DNA of 17,058 nucleotides from Fidelibacterota bacterium (GTDB lineage Bacteria; Fidelibacterota; Marinisomatia; Marinisomatales; UBA2128), in NCBI GenBank assembly GCA_046861645.1, contig JBHHUM010000047.1, positions 1 through 17,058 on the forward strand. Reading direction: 5' to 3'. How positions within the stretch are numbered: the stretch's first letter is position 1; every line of letters begins with the position of its first letter. The position numbers and the translations under genes were made by a program. Positions 1-8,279 of this stretch are shown here, one piece after another. The notes below the pieces were generated by a model, which saw only the letters and a list, made by a program, of their open reading frames with translations, searched no databases and was not told where the DNA came from.

Positions 1-114
1 AAAAAGGTCAAGCACCTTCCTGCTCAAGAAATATTTTATAAGATCATGGAAGATATTCGTGGGTTCAGCCCCCTTACAGATGATGTCAGTTTAATAGTAA
101 TAAAGAAAAGTTAA
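1..114 (+). CDS. 3' end of a probable PP2C-family (SpoIIE/RsbU-type) phosphatase, partial
   Basis: Frame 1 is open from the window edge: KKVKHLPAQEIFYKIMEDIRGFSPLTDDVSLIVIKKS*, with TAA at 112-114. The terminal DD-x-S/T-hydrophobic strand after an amphipathic helix is typical of SpoIIE/RsbU C-termini. Only 37 aa are visible. Confidence 0.6.
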   Translation, partial: KKVKHLPAQEIFYKIMEDIRGFSPLTDDVSLIVIKKS

Positions 115-520
115 ATTAAAGTGGGTGGGCGATTTTCATGAAGTAATTTTTTAGCAAACTCTTTTTGTTACTTATTTATCGCGCAGAGTGAACACTAAAT
201 TGAATAATGGTTAACTGTAAAATTTCTTTTTATAAAGATATTGATAATTGGATCAAGTCTAAAATAGTTCTTTATAAATGAGTCAAGCGACCACTATCCC
301 CGTTGATTTAAGGATTATTTTCCTTTGCATCCTTTATATTAAGTAGTGTGTCATGCATAGGTGTTGTCTTTTGGTGATTTATTCTTCTGCCTGTTCCATC
401 CACATTGTGTTATTGCAGATAGCACGTGTTCTGAGCATCGTCTTGGACTAAAAAATGATCAAAGAGAGAAATGTTCGGTGTCCTGTAGTTATTTGAGGGG
501 AATATTACGACTCAATTCCC

Positions 521-549
521 TTGAATATCCCTCACTTCCCCTCTAAATT
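521..549 (+). promoter_or_regulatory. Putative sigma70-type promoter for pcd-lat
   Basis: TTGAAT (521-526), 17 nt spacer, TAAATT (544-549). Same architecture as the promoter before tRNA-Val. Confidence 0.55.
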
Positions 550-655
550 TCGCTGCCTTTTTGAGCGTATCCCATCACCTTTTACTCAGCAAGATAGGAG
601 CCTGCTTTATCAGGGATAAATCATGAGTTGACTTGAGAATCTTAATATCAAAGAT

Positions 656-2149
656 TTGAACTCCGGCGCCTGTACCGGTCCGGAGGGTTGGCTTACTACC
701 ACAGATGGTAAAATTCTGGAGTCTATCAATCCAACGACTGGCAATGTCATTGCTAAAATCAGTCAATGTACAGAAGATGACTACGAGACGGTTATCAGGA
801 CCTCCACGGAGGCGTTCAAAGAGTGGCGGATGGTACCAGCTCCTGTTCGAGGGCAATTGGTACGTAAAATTGCCGACCGGCTACGAGAGCAGAAAGATGA
901 TTTGGGCAGTCTGATATCTTTGGAGATGGGTAAGATCAAGCAGGAAGGTGATGGCGAAGTTCAGGAAATGATTGATATCGCCGATTTTGCCGTGGGACTC
1001 TCCCGACAACTTTACGGTCTTACCATGCATTCCGAGCGTTACCGGCATAGGATGTACGAACAGTGGCATCCCCTGGGCCCTGTGGGTGTGATCACGGCTT
1101 TTAACTTTCCCATGGCGGTATGGTCTTGGAATGCGTTAATTGCAGCAGTCTGTGGAGACACTGTTATCTGGAAGCCGTCCTCAAGTACACCCTTGTGTGG
1201 AATTGCAGTGCAAAATATCTGTAATGATGTTCTCGCTGAAGAGGGTCAACCACCCATCTTCGGACTGATCATTGGGAGTGGCCGAACAGTTGGTGAACGC
1301 ATGGTCAGCGACCAAAGAGTGCCGCTTATTTCCTTCACAGGTTCTACCCCCATGGGCAAGCGAATCGGAGGAATCGTTGGTGAGCGGCTGGGGAGTACTA
1401 TTCTTGAATTAGGTGGTAATAATGCCATCATAGTGGATAAAGATGCCGATCTTAATCTTGCTATTCCCGCCATACTATTCGGTGCAGTGGGGACCGCCGG
1501 GCAACGATGTACTTCTACACGACGAGTATTTGTACAGAAAAAAATCATCCAAAAAGTAACCGAGGCATTAATTGCTGCTTACAAGCAGGTGACCATAGGA
1601 GATCCGTTAGAGAAGGGTATTCTGATGGGTCCTCTCGTAAACCAAGAAGCCATTACGACTTATTTGGGAGCTATTGAAAGAGTAAAAGCGGAAGGTGGTC
1701 AAATTCTCTACGGAGGTAATACAAAACAGGGTCCTGGATACTTTGTAGAACCGACAATAGCCATAGCTGAGAATTCATGGGAAATAGTACAGGAGGAGAC
1801 CTTTGCTCCCATTCTCTATTTAATTGAGTACGATGAAATTGAAGATGCTATTGAAATGCATAATGCTGTACCACAGGGACTTTCCAGCTCCATTTTCACA
1901 AACAATCTCATCAATGCTGAGAAATTCCTCTCCGCAGCAGGGAGCGATTGTGGCATTGCCAACGTCAACATTGGAACTTCAGGAGCTGAAATAGGGGGGG
2001 CTTTTGGCGGTGAGAAAGAGACGGGAGGCGGACGTGAATCAGGATCAGACGCCTGGAAAGCCTATATGCGTCGGCAAACTAACACCATCAATTGGAGTGG
2101 CAGGATGGAACTGGCTCAGGGTATCACCTTTGGCAAGTTCATCGATTAG
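656..2149 (+). CDS. pcd: ALDH7-family aldehyde dehydrogenase (piperideine-6-carboxylate / alpha-aminoadipate semialdehyde dehydrogenase); the ancestral start is probably ATG 623, interrupted by TGA 629-631
   Basis: Motifs ITAFNFP, WKPS, SFTGST, LELGGNNA, GTAGQRCT (catalytic Cys), EETFAPILY, and the ALDH7 signature GAEIGGAFGGEKETGGGRESGSDAWKAYMRRQT. Directly upstream of lat. Confidence 0.9.
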   Translation: MNSGACTGPEGWLTTTDGKILESINPTTGNVIAKISQCTEDDYETVIRTSTEAFKEWRMVPAPVRGQLVRKIADRLREQKDDLGSLISLEMGKIKQEGDGEVQEMIDIADFAVGLSRQLYGLTMHSERYRHRMYEQWHPLGPVGVITAFNFPMAVWSWNALIAAVCGDTVIWKPSSSTPLCGIAVQNICNDVLAEEGQPPIFGLIIGSGRTVGERMVSDQRVPLISFTGSTPMGKRIGGIVGERLGSTILELGGNNAIIVDKDADLNLAIPAILFGAVGTAGQRCTSTRRVFVQKKIIQKVTEALIAAYKQVTIGDPLEKGILMGPLVNQEAITTYLGAIERVKAEGGQILYGGNTKQGPGYFVEPTIAIAENSWEIVQEETFAPILYLIEYDEIEDAIEMHNAVPQGLSSSIFTNNLINAEKFLSAAGSDCGIANVNIGTSGAEIGGAFGGEKETGGGRESGSDAWKAYMRRQTNTINWSGRMELAQGITFGKFID

Positions 2150-2157
2150 GAGTTGAA

Positions 2158-3480
2158 ATGTCTGTAATTAATCCTTTAAGTGTAAGAGAAGTACTGGATA
2201 AATATATTTTAGCAGATGGTTTTGAGCCGGTAATTGATCTGGAGAAAAGTCATGGTTCATGGTTAGTGGATGCCCGGGACGGACGAGAATATCTGGATCT
2301 ATTCTCCATGTTTGCATCCATGCCAGTAGGGTACAATCATCCACGCTTGATTGCCGCAAAGGATCGACTTCTTACTGCAGCTGTTAACAAACCAACTAAC
2401 TCTGATGTCTATACCATACAACTTGCGGAATTCATTGATACTTTTTTTAATGTGGCTGTTCCAGAACAATTTGCCCATGCTTTTTTTATCGAGGGAGGAG
2501 CTCTTGCCGTTGAAAATGCACTAAAGGCTGCCTTTGATTGGAAAGTAAAGAAAAATGCCATCAGAAATGGCACTACCATGGACGTCGGTTCCCAAGTCAT
2601 CCATTTTCAACAATGCTTTCATGGTCGCTCAGGTTATACTCTTTCCCTTACCAATACGGCAGATGCCAGGAAAACTGCTCATTTCCCCAAATTCGATTGG
2701 CCGCGTATTATTAACCCTAAAGTGATATTTCCACTCGATGAAGAGAATCTCATTAAAGTAAAACGAATTGAGGAGCAAGCTATTGAACAAATAAATGATG
2801 TTATTAGATCTGATAGTTCCGATATAGCTGCTTTAATTATAGAGCCTATTCAGGGTGAAGGTGGCGACAACTTCTTCCGCAAAGAATTCCTCCAATCTCT
2901 TCGAGAGATTTGTGATGATAATGATATAATGCTCATTTTTGACGAAGTACAAACTGGTATGGGATTAACTGGTAAAATGTGGGCGTGGGAGAATTTTGAA
3001 GTAGCTCCAGATCTTATGAGTTTTGGTAAAAAGACTCAAGTTTGTGGATTTATTTCCAGCCGTCGAATCGATGAAGTTCCAGACAATGTATTCAAGGAAT
3101 CCAGCAGGATAAACTCTACCTGGGGTGGTAATTTGACTGACATGGTACGTAGTACTCTTTACTTGGAAATCATCAAGGAAGAAAACCTTTTAGAGGTTGT
3201 TCAGGAAAATGGGAGATATCTCCTTGAAAAACTCATATCATTACAAGAAGAATTTCCTGATAAAATTATGAACCCGAGAGGTATGGGACTCATGTGTGCC
3301 TTTGATTTATCTTCTGGAGAACAACGTGATGAACTCGCCAATCGCATATTAAATAATGGAGCTTTTATTCTGGGATCAGGCATTAATACGATACGATTCA
3401 GACCACCACTTAACATTTCTCCTCAGGAAATAGATTTTGGTATAGATATTGTTCGTTCCTCTCTGAAACAATTGATTTGA
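2158..3480 (+). CDS. lat: L-lysine 6-transaminase (class III PLP aminotransferase)
   Basis: Motifs YLDLFSMFASMPVGYNHP, NKPTNSDVY, GALAVENALKAAFDWK, FHGRSGYTLSLT, EPIQGEGGD, FDEVQTG, FGKK (PLP lysine), SRINSTWGG. Start moved to ATG 2158, which follows AGGAG and lies 8 nt after the pcd stop. Confidence 0.92.
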   Translation: MSVINPLSVREVLDKYILADGFEPVIDLEKSHGSWLVDARDGREYLDLFSMFASMPVGYNHPRLIAAKDRLLTAAVNKPTNSDVYTIQLAEFIDTFFNVAVPEQFAHAFFIEGGALAVENALKAAFDWKVKKNAIRNGTTMDVGSQVIHFQQCFHGRSGYTLSLTNTADARKTAHFPKFDWPRIINPKVIFPLDEENLIKVKRIEEQAIEQINDVIRSDSSDIAALIIEPIQGEGGDNFFRKEFLQSLREICDDNDIMLIFDEVQTGMGLTGKMWAWENFEVAPDLMSFGKKTQVCGFISSRRIDEVPDNVFKESSRINSTWGGNLTDMVRSTLYLEIIKEENLLEVVQENGRYLLEKLISLQEEFPDKIMNPRGMGLMCAFDLSSGEQRDELANRILNNGAFILGSGINTIRFRPPLNISPQEIDFGIDIVRSSLKQLI

Positions 3481-3564
3481 GACTGCTTTCAAAACATCAT
3501 CCGTTAGTATTTTTTATGATACTAAATCATGTCTTACTGAATTTGAGAAGTGTTTAAGATAAAC

Positions 3565-3595
3565 TTGATTACTTAACAAAATATGCCTATATAAT
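3565..3595 (+). promoter_or_regulatory. Possible sigma70-type promoter for tmk and the S41 protease gene
   Basis: TTGATT (3565-3570) with TATATA at 17 nt or TATAAT at 19 nt spacing. The context is AT-rich, so a chance match is possible. Confidence 0.35.
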
Positions 3596-3700
3596 AAAAA
3601 AATCTTGTCAGAAATTCTAATAAGAAGAGGAAGAGAATCCAATTATACTGTTTGATATCATAGTTTTCATCAGGGTATCCATAGATCAACAGCAATTTTT

Positions 3701-4318
3701 ATGAATGGATTTTTCATTTCATTTGAAGGAATTGACGGTTGTGGGAAATCCACTCAGGCGCAATTATTGCGACGTTATTATGAATCTAAAGGAAATAATG
3801 TACTACTTCTGAGGGAACCGGGAGGTACTCCGGTTGCGGAACAAATTAGAGAGATTCTACTTAATCCAGGTAATGACGAAATGGACTCTTCAACGGAGAC
3901 CATATTACTTGCAGCCAGCAGAGCACAGCTAACCAGAGAAGTTATTATTCCTGCACTGAAAAATGGCAGTGTGGTAATCTGTGATAGATATGTAGATTCA
4001 ACGTTAGCTTATCAAGGTTATGGTCGAGGAATGGATTTAAACTGGCTGGAAAAGCTCAATGAATTCGCAACCGCAAGGTTCGTACCGGATATCACTTTTT
4101 TAGTTGATATTCCAGTATGGGAGGCGCTTCGAAGAATTAAAGGTAAAAGTTTTGATCGTATCGAAAAGGAAGGACAGGATTTTCTTCAAAAAGTGAGGGA
4201 GGGCTATCTAAAATTGGCTAAAAAATATGCGGAAAGATTTTATGTTCTTGACGGTAGACAAAACATAGAGGTTATGAGCAAAGCTATAAAAAATAAAATT
4301 CAGGAGATTAAAGAATGA
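3701..4318 (+). CDS. tmk: Thymidylate (dTMP) kinase
   Basis: P-loop FEGIDGCGKSTQ, REPGGT, DRYVDSTLAYQG, PDITFLVD; 205 aa. Confidence 0.96.
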   Translation: MNGFFISFEGIDGCGKSTQAQLLRRYYESKGNNVLLLREPGGTPVAEQIREILLNPGNDEMDSSTETILLAASRAQLTREVIIPALKNGSVVICDRYVDSTLAYQGYGRGMDLNWLEKLNEFATARFVPDITFLVDIPVWEALRRIKGKSFDRIEKEGQDFLQKVREGYLKLAKKYAERFYVLDGRQNIEVMSKAIKNKIQEIKE

Positions 4319-5955
4319 GAATACTTAGAGTTTTAGTTCTAGTAATAAATGTCGCTATAATTTTTCCTGTTCAGGCTAATAAATCTAACGATTACCAGGA
4401 TATTTCTGACAATGGCAAAATGATTTTCGAGGTTTACAAGAGAGTAATGACTCATTATGCAGATCGGATTGATGCTAAGAAACTGGCGGAAGCTGGAATT
4501 GAAGGGATGCTTTCGCAGTTAGATCCTTATTCGGTATTTCTGCAACCTGAAGATCGTCAGGGCTTAGATATGCTGACGAAAGGAAAATATGGAGGAGTAG
4601 GTATTCAACTTGGTTTACGAGATGATTCTTTGACAGTAATTGCCCCTATGGAAGGATCTCCAGCCATGCGTAGTGGAATAATGACCGGAGATAGGATTGT
4701 CGGAATAGATGGTGAATCTACTTTCGAAATGAGTCTGGATGTGGCTGCAAAAAAAATCAGGGGGAAAAAAGGTACAGTTGTGGTTCTAACTATTGTACGC
4801 TATGGAGAATCTGAGCCGTTAGATTTTGAATTAGAGCGGGCGAATATTGCTATCGAAGACATTTCTTATTCAGGTATCATTGGTGAGGATATTGCCTACA
4901 TACGACTAACACGATTTTCCCGGAATTCTACTGTAGACATGAAAAATGCTCTGGAGAACCTTACGGTGCAGGGAATGCATAAAGTCATCCTTGATCTAAG
5001 AGGAAATCCCGGTGGTCTACTTGATGCAGCCATTAATATCCTGGATCTATTGGTGCCTGAAGGGTTGGAATTACTGTCTACCAAGGGAAGATATAATGCC
5101 GCTAACAGGGAGTTTAATTCTGGACACTCAGCTATTATTCCTGATGACATCTCTCTAGCAATTCTAATTGATGGCGGAAGCGCTTCTGCCAGTGAAATCG
5201 TAGCTGGATCTATTCAGGATCTTGATAGAGGCATAATTATAGGACAACCTTCTTTTGGTAAAGGATTGGTTCAATCAATATTTCCGCTTAATCGAGAAAA
5301 TTCCATCAAGTTAACTACTGCTAAATATTATATACCATCAGGTCGATTCATTCAGAAACCTGGTTATCTCAATGAAGAGATTTCCCTTAAGTCAGAAATC
5401 GACTCCAGCAAAATCTTTCATACAGTTCGTGGTAGAGAGGTACATGAGTTAGGAGGCATAACCCCCGATATTGAAGTGGAAATACCAACCACCCCTGTTC
5501 TTGCCCGAGAGTGCTGGCGCCGAGGCCTCTTTTTCAAGTTTGCTTCACTTTATATCCAGGACCACAATATAACTCTTCCTGTCATAGTTGATGATGTAAT
5601 TCTGAATAGTTTTCGGGAGTTTTTAAGTAGCAAGGAGTTGACCCTTAATTTAGAAGGAGAAAAACAATTCCGTTCTTTTCGTGCTGCTCTGGATAGTTCA
5701 GTAGTTGCTTCTCCTCAAATGCAAATGTCACTTGATACAATAGAGAAATACTTTGACCATTTAAGAGAAGAGCGATTTGATATCGAGAAAAAGGATATTA
5801 TACTTGGACTGGAAAGAGAATTTTCTTTTCAATTGGGTGGGATAAAAGCTAGAATAAATTCATCATTTGATGACGACCCAGTAATTCTGAAAGCGATTGA
5901 TGTATTAACAGATCAAGTTACGTACGATAACATATTATCACCTTCTGAACTGTAA
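4315..5955 (+). CDS. Carboxy-terminal processing protease, S41A family (CtpA/Prc-like), with signal peptide and PDZ domain
   Basis: Hydrophobic N-terminus, LDPYS, PDZ GVGI...GSPA...GDRIVGIDG, DLRGNPGGLL, SASASEIVAG (catalytic Ser), FGKGLVQ (catalytic Lys), GITPD. ATGA overlap with the tmk stop. Confidence 0.93.
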   Translation: MRILRVLVLVINVAIIFPVQANKSNDYQDISDNGKMIFEVYKRVMTHYADRIDAKKLAEAGIEGMLSQLDPYSVFLQPEDRQGLDMLTKGKYGGVGIQLGLRDDSLTVIAPMEGSPAMRSGIMTGDRIVGIDGESTFEMSLDVAAKKIRGKKGTVVVLTIVRYGESEPLDFELERANIAIEDISYSGIIGEDIAYIRLTRFSRNSTVDMKNALENLTVQGMHKVILDLRGNPGGLLDAAINILDLLVPEGLELLSTKGRYNAANREFNSGHSAIIPDDISLAILIDGGSASASEIVAGSIQDLDRGIIIGQPSFGKGLVQSIFPLNRENSIKLTTAKYYIPSGRFIQKPGYLNEEISLKSEIDSSKIFHTVRGREVHELGGITPDIEVEIPTTPVLARECWRRGLFFKFASLYIQDHNITLPVIVDDVILNSFREFLSSKELTLNLEGEKQFRSFRAALDSSVVASPQMQMSLDTIEKYFDHLREERFDIEKKDIILGLEREFSFQLGGIKARINSSFDDDPVILKAIDVLTDQVTYDNILSPSEL

Positions 5956-5987
5956 TTTATGACGCTATTTCCAAAACTGTTGATAAG

Positions 5988-6016
5988 TTGACTTTCCGAC
6001 GGGATAACTCTAAATT
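5988..6016 (+). promoter_or_regulatory. Sigma70-type promoter for tRNA-Val and the thrS operon
   Basis: TTGACT (5988-5993), 17 nt spacer, TAAATT (6011-6016), ending 34 nt before the tRNA. Confidence 0.7.
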
Positions 6017-6050
6017 CATCACCATTATTGCAACAATCAGGCTAAGATTG

Positions 6051-6124
6051 GGGCGATTAGCTCAGCAGGTTAGAGCGCATGCTTGACGTGCATGAGGTCA
6101 GAGGTTCGACTCCTCTATCGCCCA
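6051..6124 (+). tRNA. tRNA-Val (anticodon GAC); CCA not encoded
   Basis: Cloverleaf: GGGCGAT/ATCGCCC acceptor, GCTC/GAGC D stem, CATGC-TTGACGT-GCATG anticodon arm, AGAGG-TTCGACT-CCTCT T arm, A73. Confidence 0.97.
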
Positions 6125-6178
6125 CATACAGATTTAGTTATCTCAGGGGGACAAAAGAAAAACCTTACAAAGATGACT

Positions 6179-6298
6179 GGGTGATTAACTTAATTGTTCA
6201 ATTTAAGGAGAGAGCGAAGAAACTGGTTAGAGCGTCCCGACGTGTCGGGAAGGTCAGAGGTTCTCTGATAGATCCTTGGGAGACTCCTCCATCATTCA
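6179..6298 (+). ncRNA. tRNA-like element (interrupted tRNA-Val-like pseudo-tRNA) in the thrS leader
   Basis: Colinear with the adjacent tRNA-Val: GGGTGAT/ATCATTC acceptor stem, CTGGTTAGAGCG, TCCCG-ACGTGT-CGGGA arm, AGGTCAGAGGTTC...GACTCCTCC. Carries a 29 nt D-loop insertion and an 18 nt T-loop insertion. Confidence 0.75.
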
Positions 6299-6323
6299 CT
6301 AATGACGATTACCAAGTATATAT

Positions 6324-8279
6324 ATGTCTTCAATAACAGTATCCATTCCCGGACACGAAAAGCGATCGTATCCTACAGCGACATCCGCAGCTGATATTCT
6401 TCAGGACATAGATTCTCAACTGTACACTAACTCCGTTGCTGTACTCATTAACGGTGTTTTGAAAGATCGAGATACAGTCCTGAGGGAAGATGCGGAGGTT
6501 GAAGCTGTTACTCTATCATCACCCCAAGGACATGATATCCTACTCCACAGCACATCACACTTGATGGCTCAGGCTGTTAAGCAGCTCTTTCCTAAAACAA
6601 AAGTTACTATCGGTCCTACTATTGAAAATCGATTCTATTACGACTTTGATAAGGAGACTCCCTTTACTGAAGAAGATCTCTCAAAGATTGAAGAACGAAT
6701 GAAAGAACTTGCCGCAGAAGGATTAAAAATACAACGTCATGAACTTTCGAGAAAAGATGCTCTGAAACTTTTCAAAGAAATGGGGGAAAGTTATAAAGAA
6801 GAAATAATCGATGAAATTTCCGAGAGTGATACTATATCTGCTTACTCTCAAGGTGATTTTATTGATCTATGTAGAGGACCACATGTACCGGCAACAGATT
6901 TCATAAAATTCTTCAAACTGCTGAATATTTCAGGTGCTTATTGGAGAGGTGATGAAAAAAATAAAATGTTACAACGCATATATGGGACAGCCTTTCCTAC
7001 AAAAAAACAGTTAAAACAATACCTCTTCTTACTTGAAGAAGCCAAGAGACGTGATCACCGAAAAATTGGAAAAGAAATGGAATTGTTTACTTTCGATGAT
7101 GAAGTTGGTCCTGGACTACCTTTATGGCTTCCCAAAGGGGCTATTATAATTGATGAGTTGGAAAAATTAGCAAAACAAACAGAGCAAAAAGCAGGTTACC
7201 AGAGAGTTCGTACACCTCATTTGACCAAAGGAACTTTATATGAGAAATCAGGACATCTGCAACATTACAAGGACAGTATGTATCCTGCAATGGATGTGGA
7301 TGGTATTGACTACTATATCAAACCAATGAATTGTCCACACCATCATAAAATTTATGCTGCGACTCCAAAAAGTTACCGTGATCTGCCAATCAGGTTGGCA
7401 GAATATGGCACTTGTTATCGATATGAAAAGTCTGGGCAGTTATTCGGGTTGATGCGAGTACGGAGCATGCAAATGAATGACGCACATATTTATTGTACTG
7501 AAGATCAGTTTAAAGATGAGTTTTTGGATGTTTGTAAAATGTATATGGAATACTTCTCTATCTTTGATATTGAAAAATATGAGATGGAATTTTGTACCCA
7601 TTCTCCAGAAGGATTAGGAAAAAAATATATTAATGAACCTGAATTGTGGATTAAAACGGAACAAGCTGTTCGAGAGGCACTGAATGAAGGCAACATTAAT
7701 TACTTGGAGATACCTGGAGAGGCAGCTTTTTATGGGCCAAAAATTGATGTCCAAGTTTGGAGTGCCATCGGAAAGAAATTTACCTTAGCGACAAATCAAG
7801 TTGATTTTGCTATTCCATCCAAATTCGATTTAACCTATACTAATGAGAAAAACGAAGAAGAAACTCCCTTATGTATCCATAGAGCACCACTAGGGACCCA
7901 TGAACGTTTTATTGGATTTTTAATTGAGCATTTTGCAGGAGATTTTCCACTCTGGCTGGCTCCAATACAGGTAGCTGTACTTTCTATCTCAGAGAAAACC
8001 AGTGATTACGCTATACAAGTGGGAAATCAATTAAAAGAAGCTAGTATCCGGAATGAAGTAGATATCAGAGCAGATAAAATTGGTGCTAAGATAAGGAAGG
8101 CCGAAATAAGAAAAATTAATGTCATGTTCATAGTGGGTGAAAAAGAAGCTCAAACTAAGACGGTATCGGTCAGGAGGAGATTCCAGGGTGATTTAGGATC
8201 CCGATCACTTAATGATATCATCACTGAATTACAAAAGGAAATCAACGAAAAAAGGAGATTACAGAAATCGCAAAAATAG
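6324..8279 (+). CDS. thrS: Threonine--tRNA ligase
   Basis: TGS domain, HSTSHLMAQAV, DLCRGPHV, GAYWRGD, RDHRKIG, KPMNCPHH, AAFYGPKID, IHRAPLGTHERFIGFLIEH, FPLWLAP; 651 aa. Confidence 0.99.
   Translation: MSSITVSIPGHEKRSYPTATSAADILQDIDSQLYTNSVAVLINGVLKDRDTVLREDAEVEAVTLSSPQGHDILLHSTSHLMAQAVKQLFPKTKVTIGPTIENRFYYDFDKETPFTEEDLSKIEERMKELAAEGLKIQRHELSRKDALKLFKEMGESYKEEIIDEISESDTISAYSQGDFIDLCRGPHVPATDFIKFFKLLNISGAYWRGDEKNKMLQRIYGTAFPTKKQLKQYLFLLEEAKRRDHRKIGKEMELFTFDDEVGPGLPLWLPKGAIIIDELEKLAKQTEQKAGYQRVRTPHLTKGTLYEKSGHLQHYKDSMYPAMDVDGIDYYIKPMNCPHHHKIYAATPKSYRDLPIRLAEYGTCYRYEKSGQLFGLMRVRSMQMNDAHIYCTEDQFKDEFLDVCKMYMEYFSIFDIEKYEMEFCTHSPEGLGKKYINEPELWIKTEQAVREALNEGNINYLEIPGEAAFYGPKIDVQVWSAIGKKFTLATNQVDFAIPSKFDLTYTNEKNEEETPLCIHRAPLGTHERFIGFLIEHFAGDFPLWLAPIQVAVLSISEKTSDYAIQVGNQLKEASIRNEVDIRADKIGAKIRKAEIRKINVMFIVGEKEAQTKTVSVRRRFQGDLGSRSLNDIITELQKEINEKRRLQKSQK

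Noticed and set aside
496..533. Short inverted repeats (GGGAAT/ATTCCC, GAGGG/CCCTC) around the pcd promoter -35
   Set aside because: Could be an operator, but they are short, single-copy and cannot be assigned to a regulator.
361..546. 61-aa ORF on +
   Set aside because: GTG start, no recognisable motif, and its end overlaps the predicted pcd promoter.
629..631. Genome-wide UGA recoding (genetic code 4 or 25)
   Set aside because: lat, tmk, pheS, xdhC and yqeB end at TGA at the expected positions, and Trp is encoded by TGG throughout.
3504..3525. Inverted repeat TTAGTAT-N8-ATACTAA after lat
   Set aside because: AT-rich stem without a following U tract; too weak to call a terminator or operator.
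6125..6323. T-box riboswitch in the thrS leader
   Set aside because: No GGTGGNACC T-box sequence, no specifier stem-I motifs and no terminator U-tract.
6079..6336. 85-aa ORF on +
   Set aside because: Begins inside tRNA-Val and runs through the tRNA-like element; a shadow ORF.
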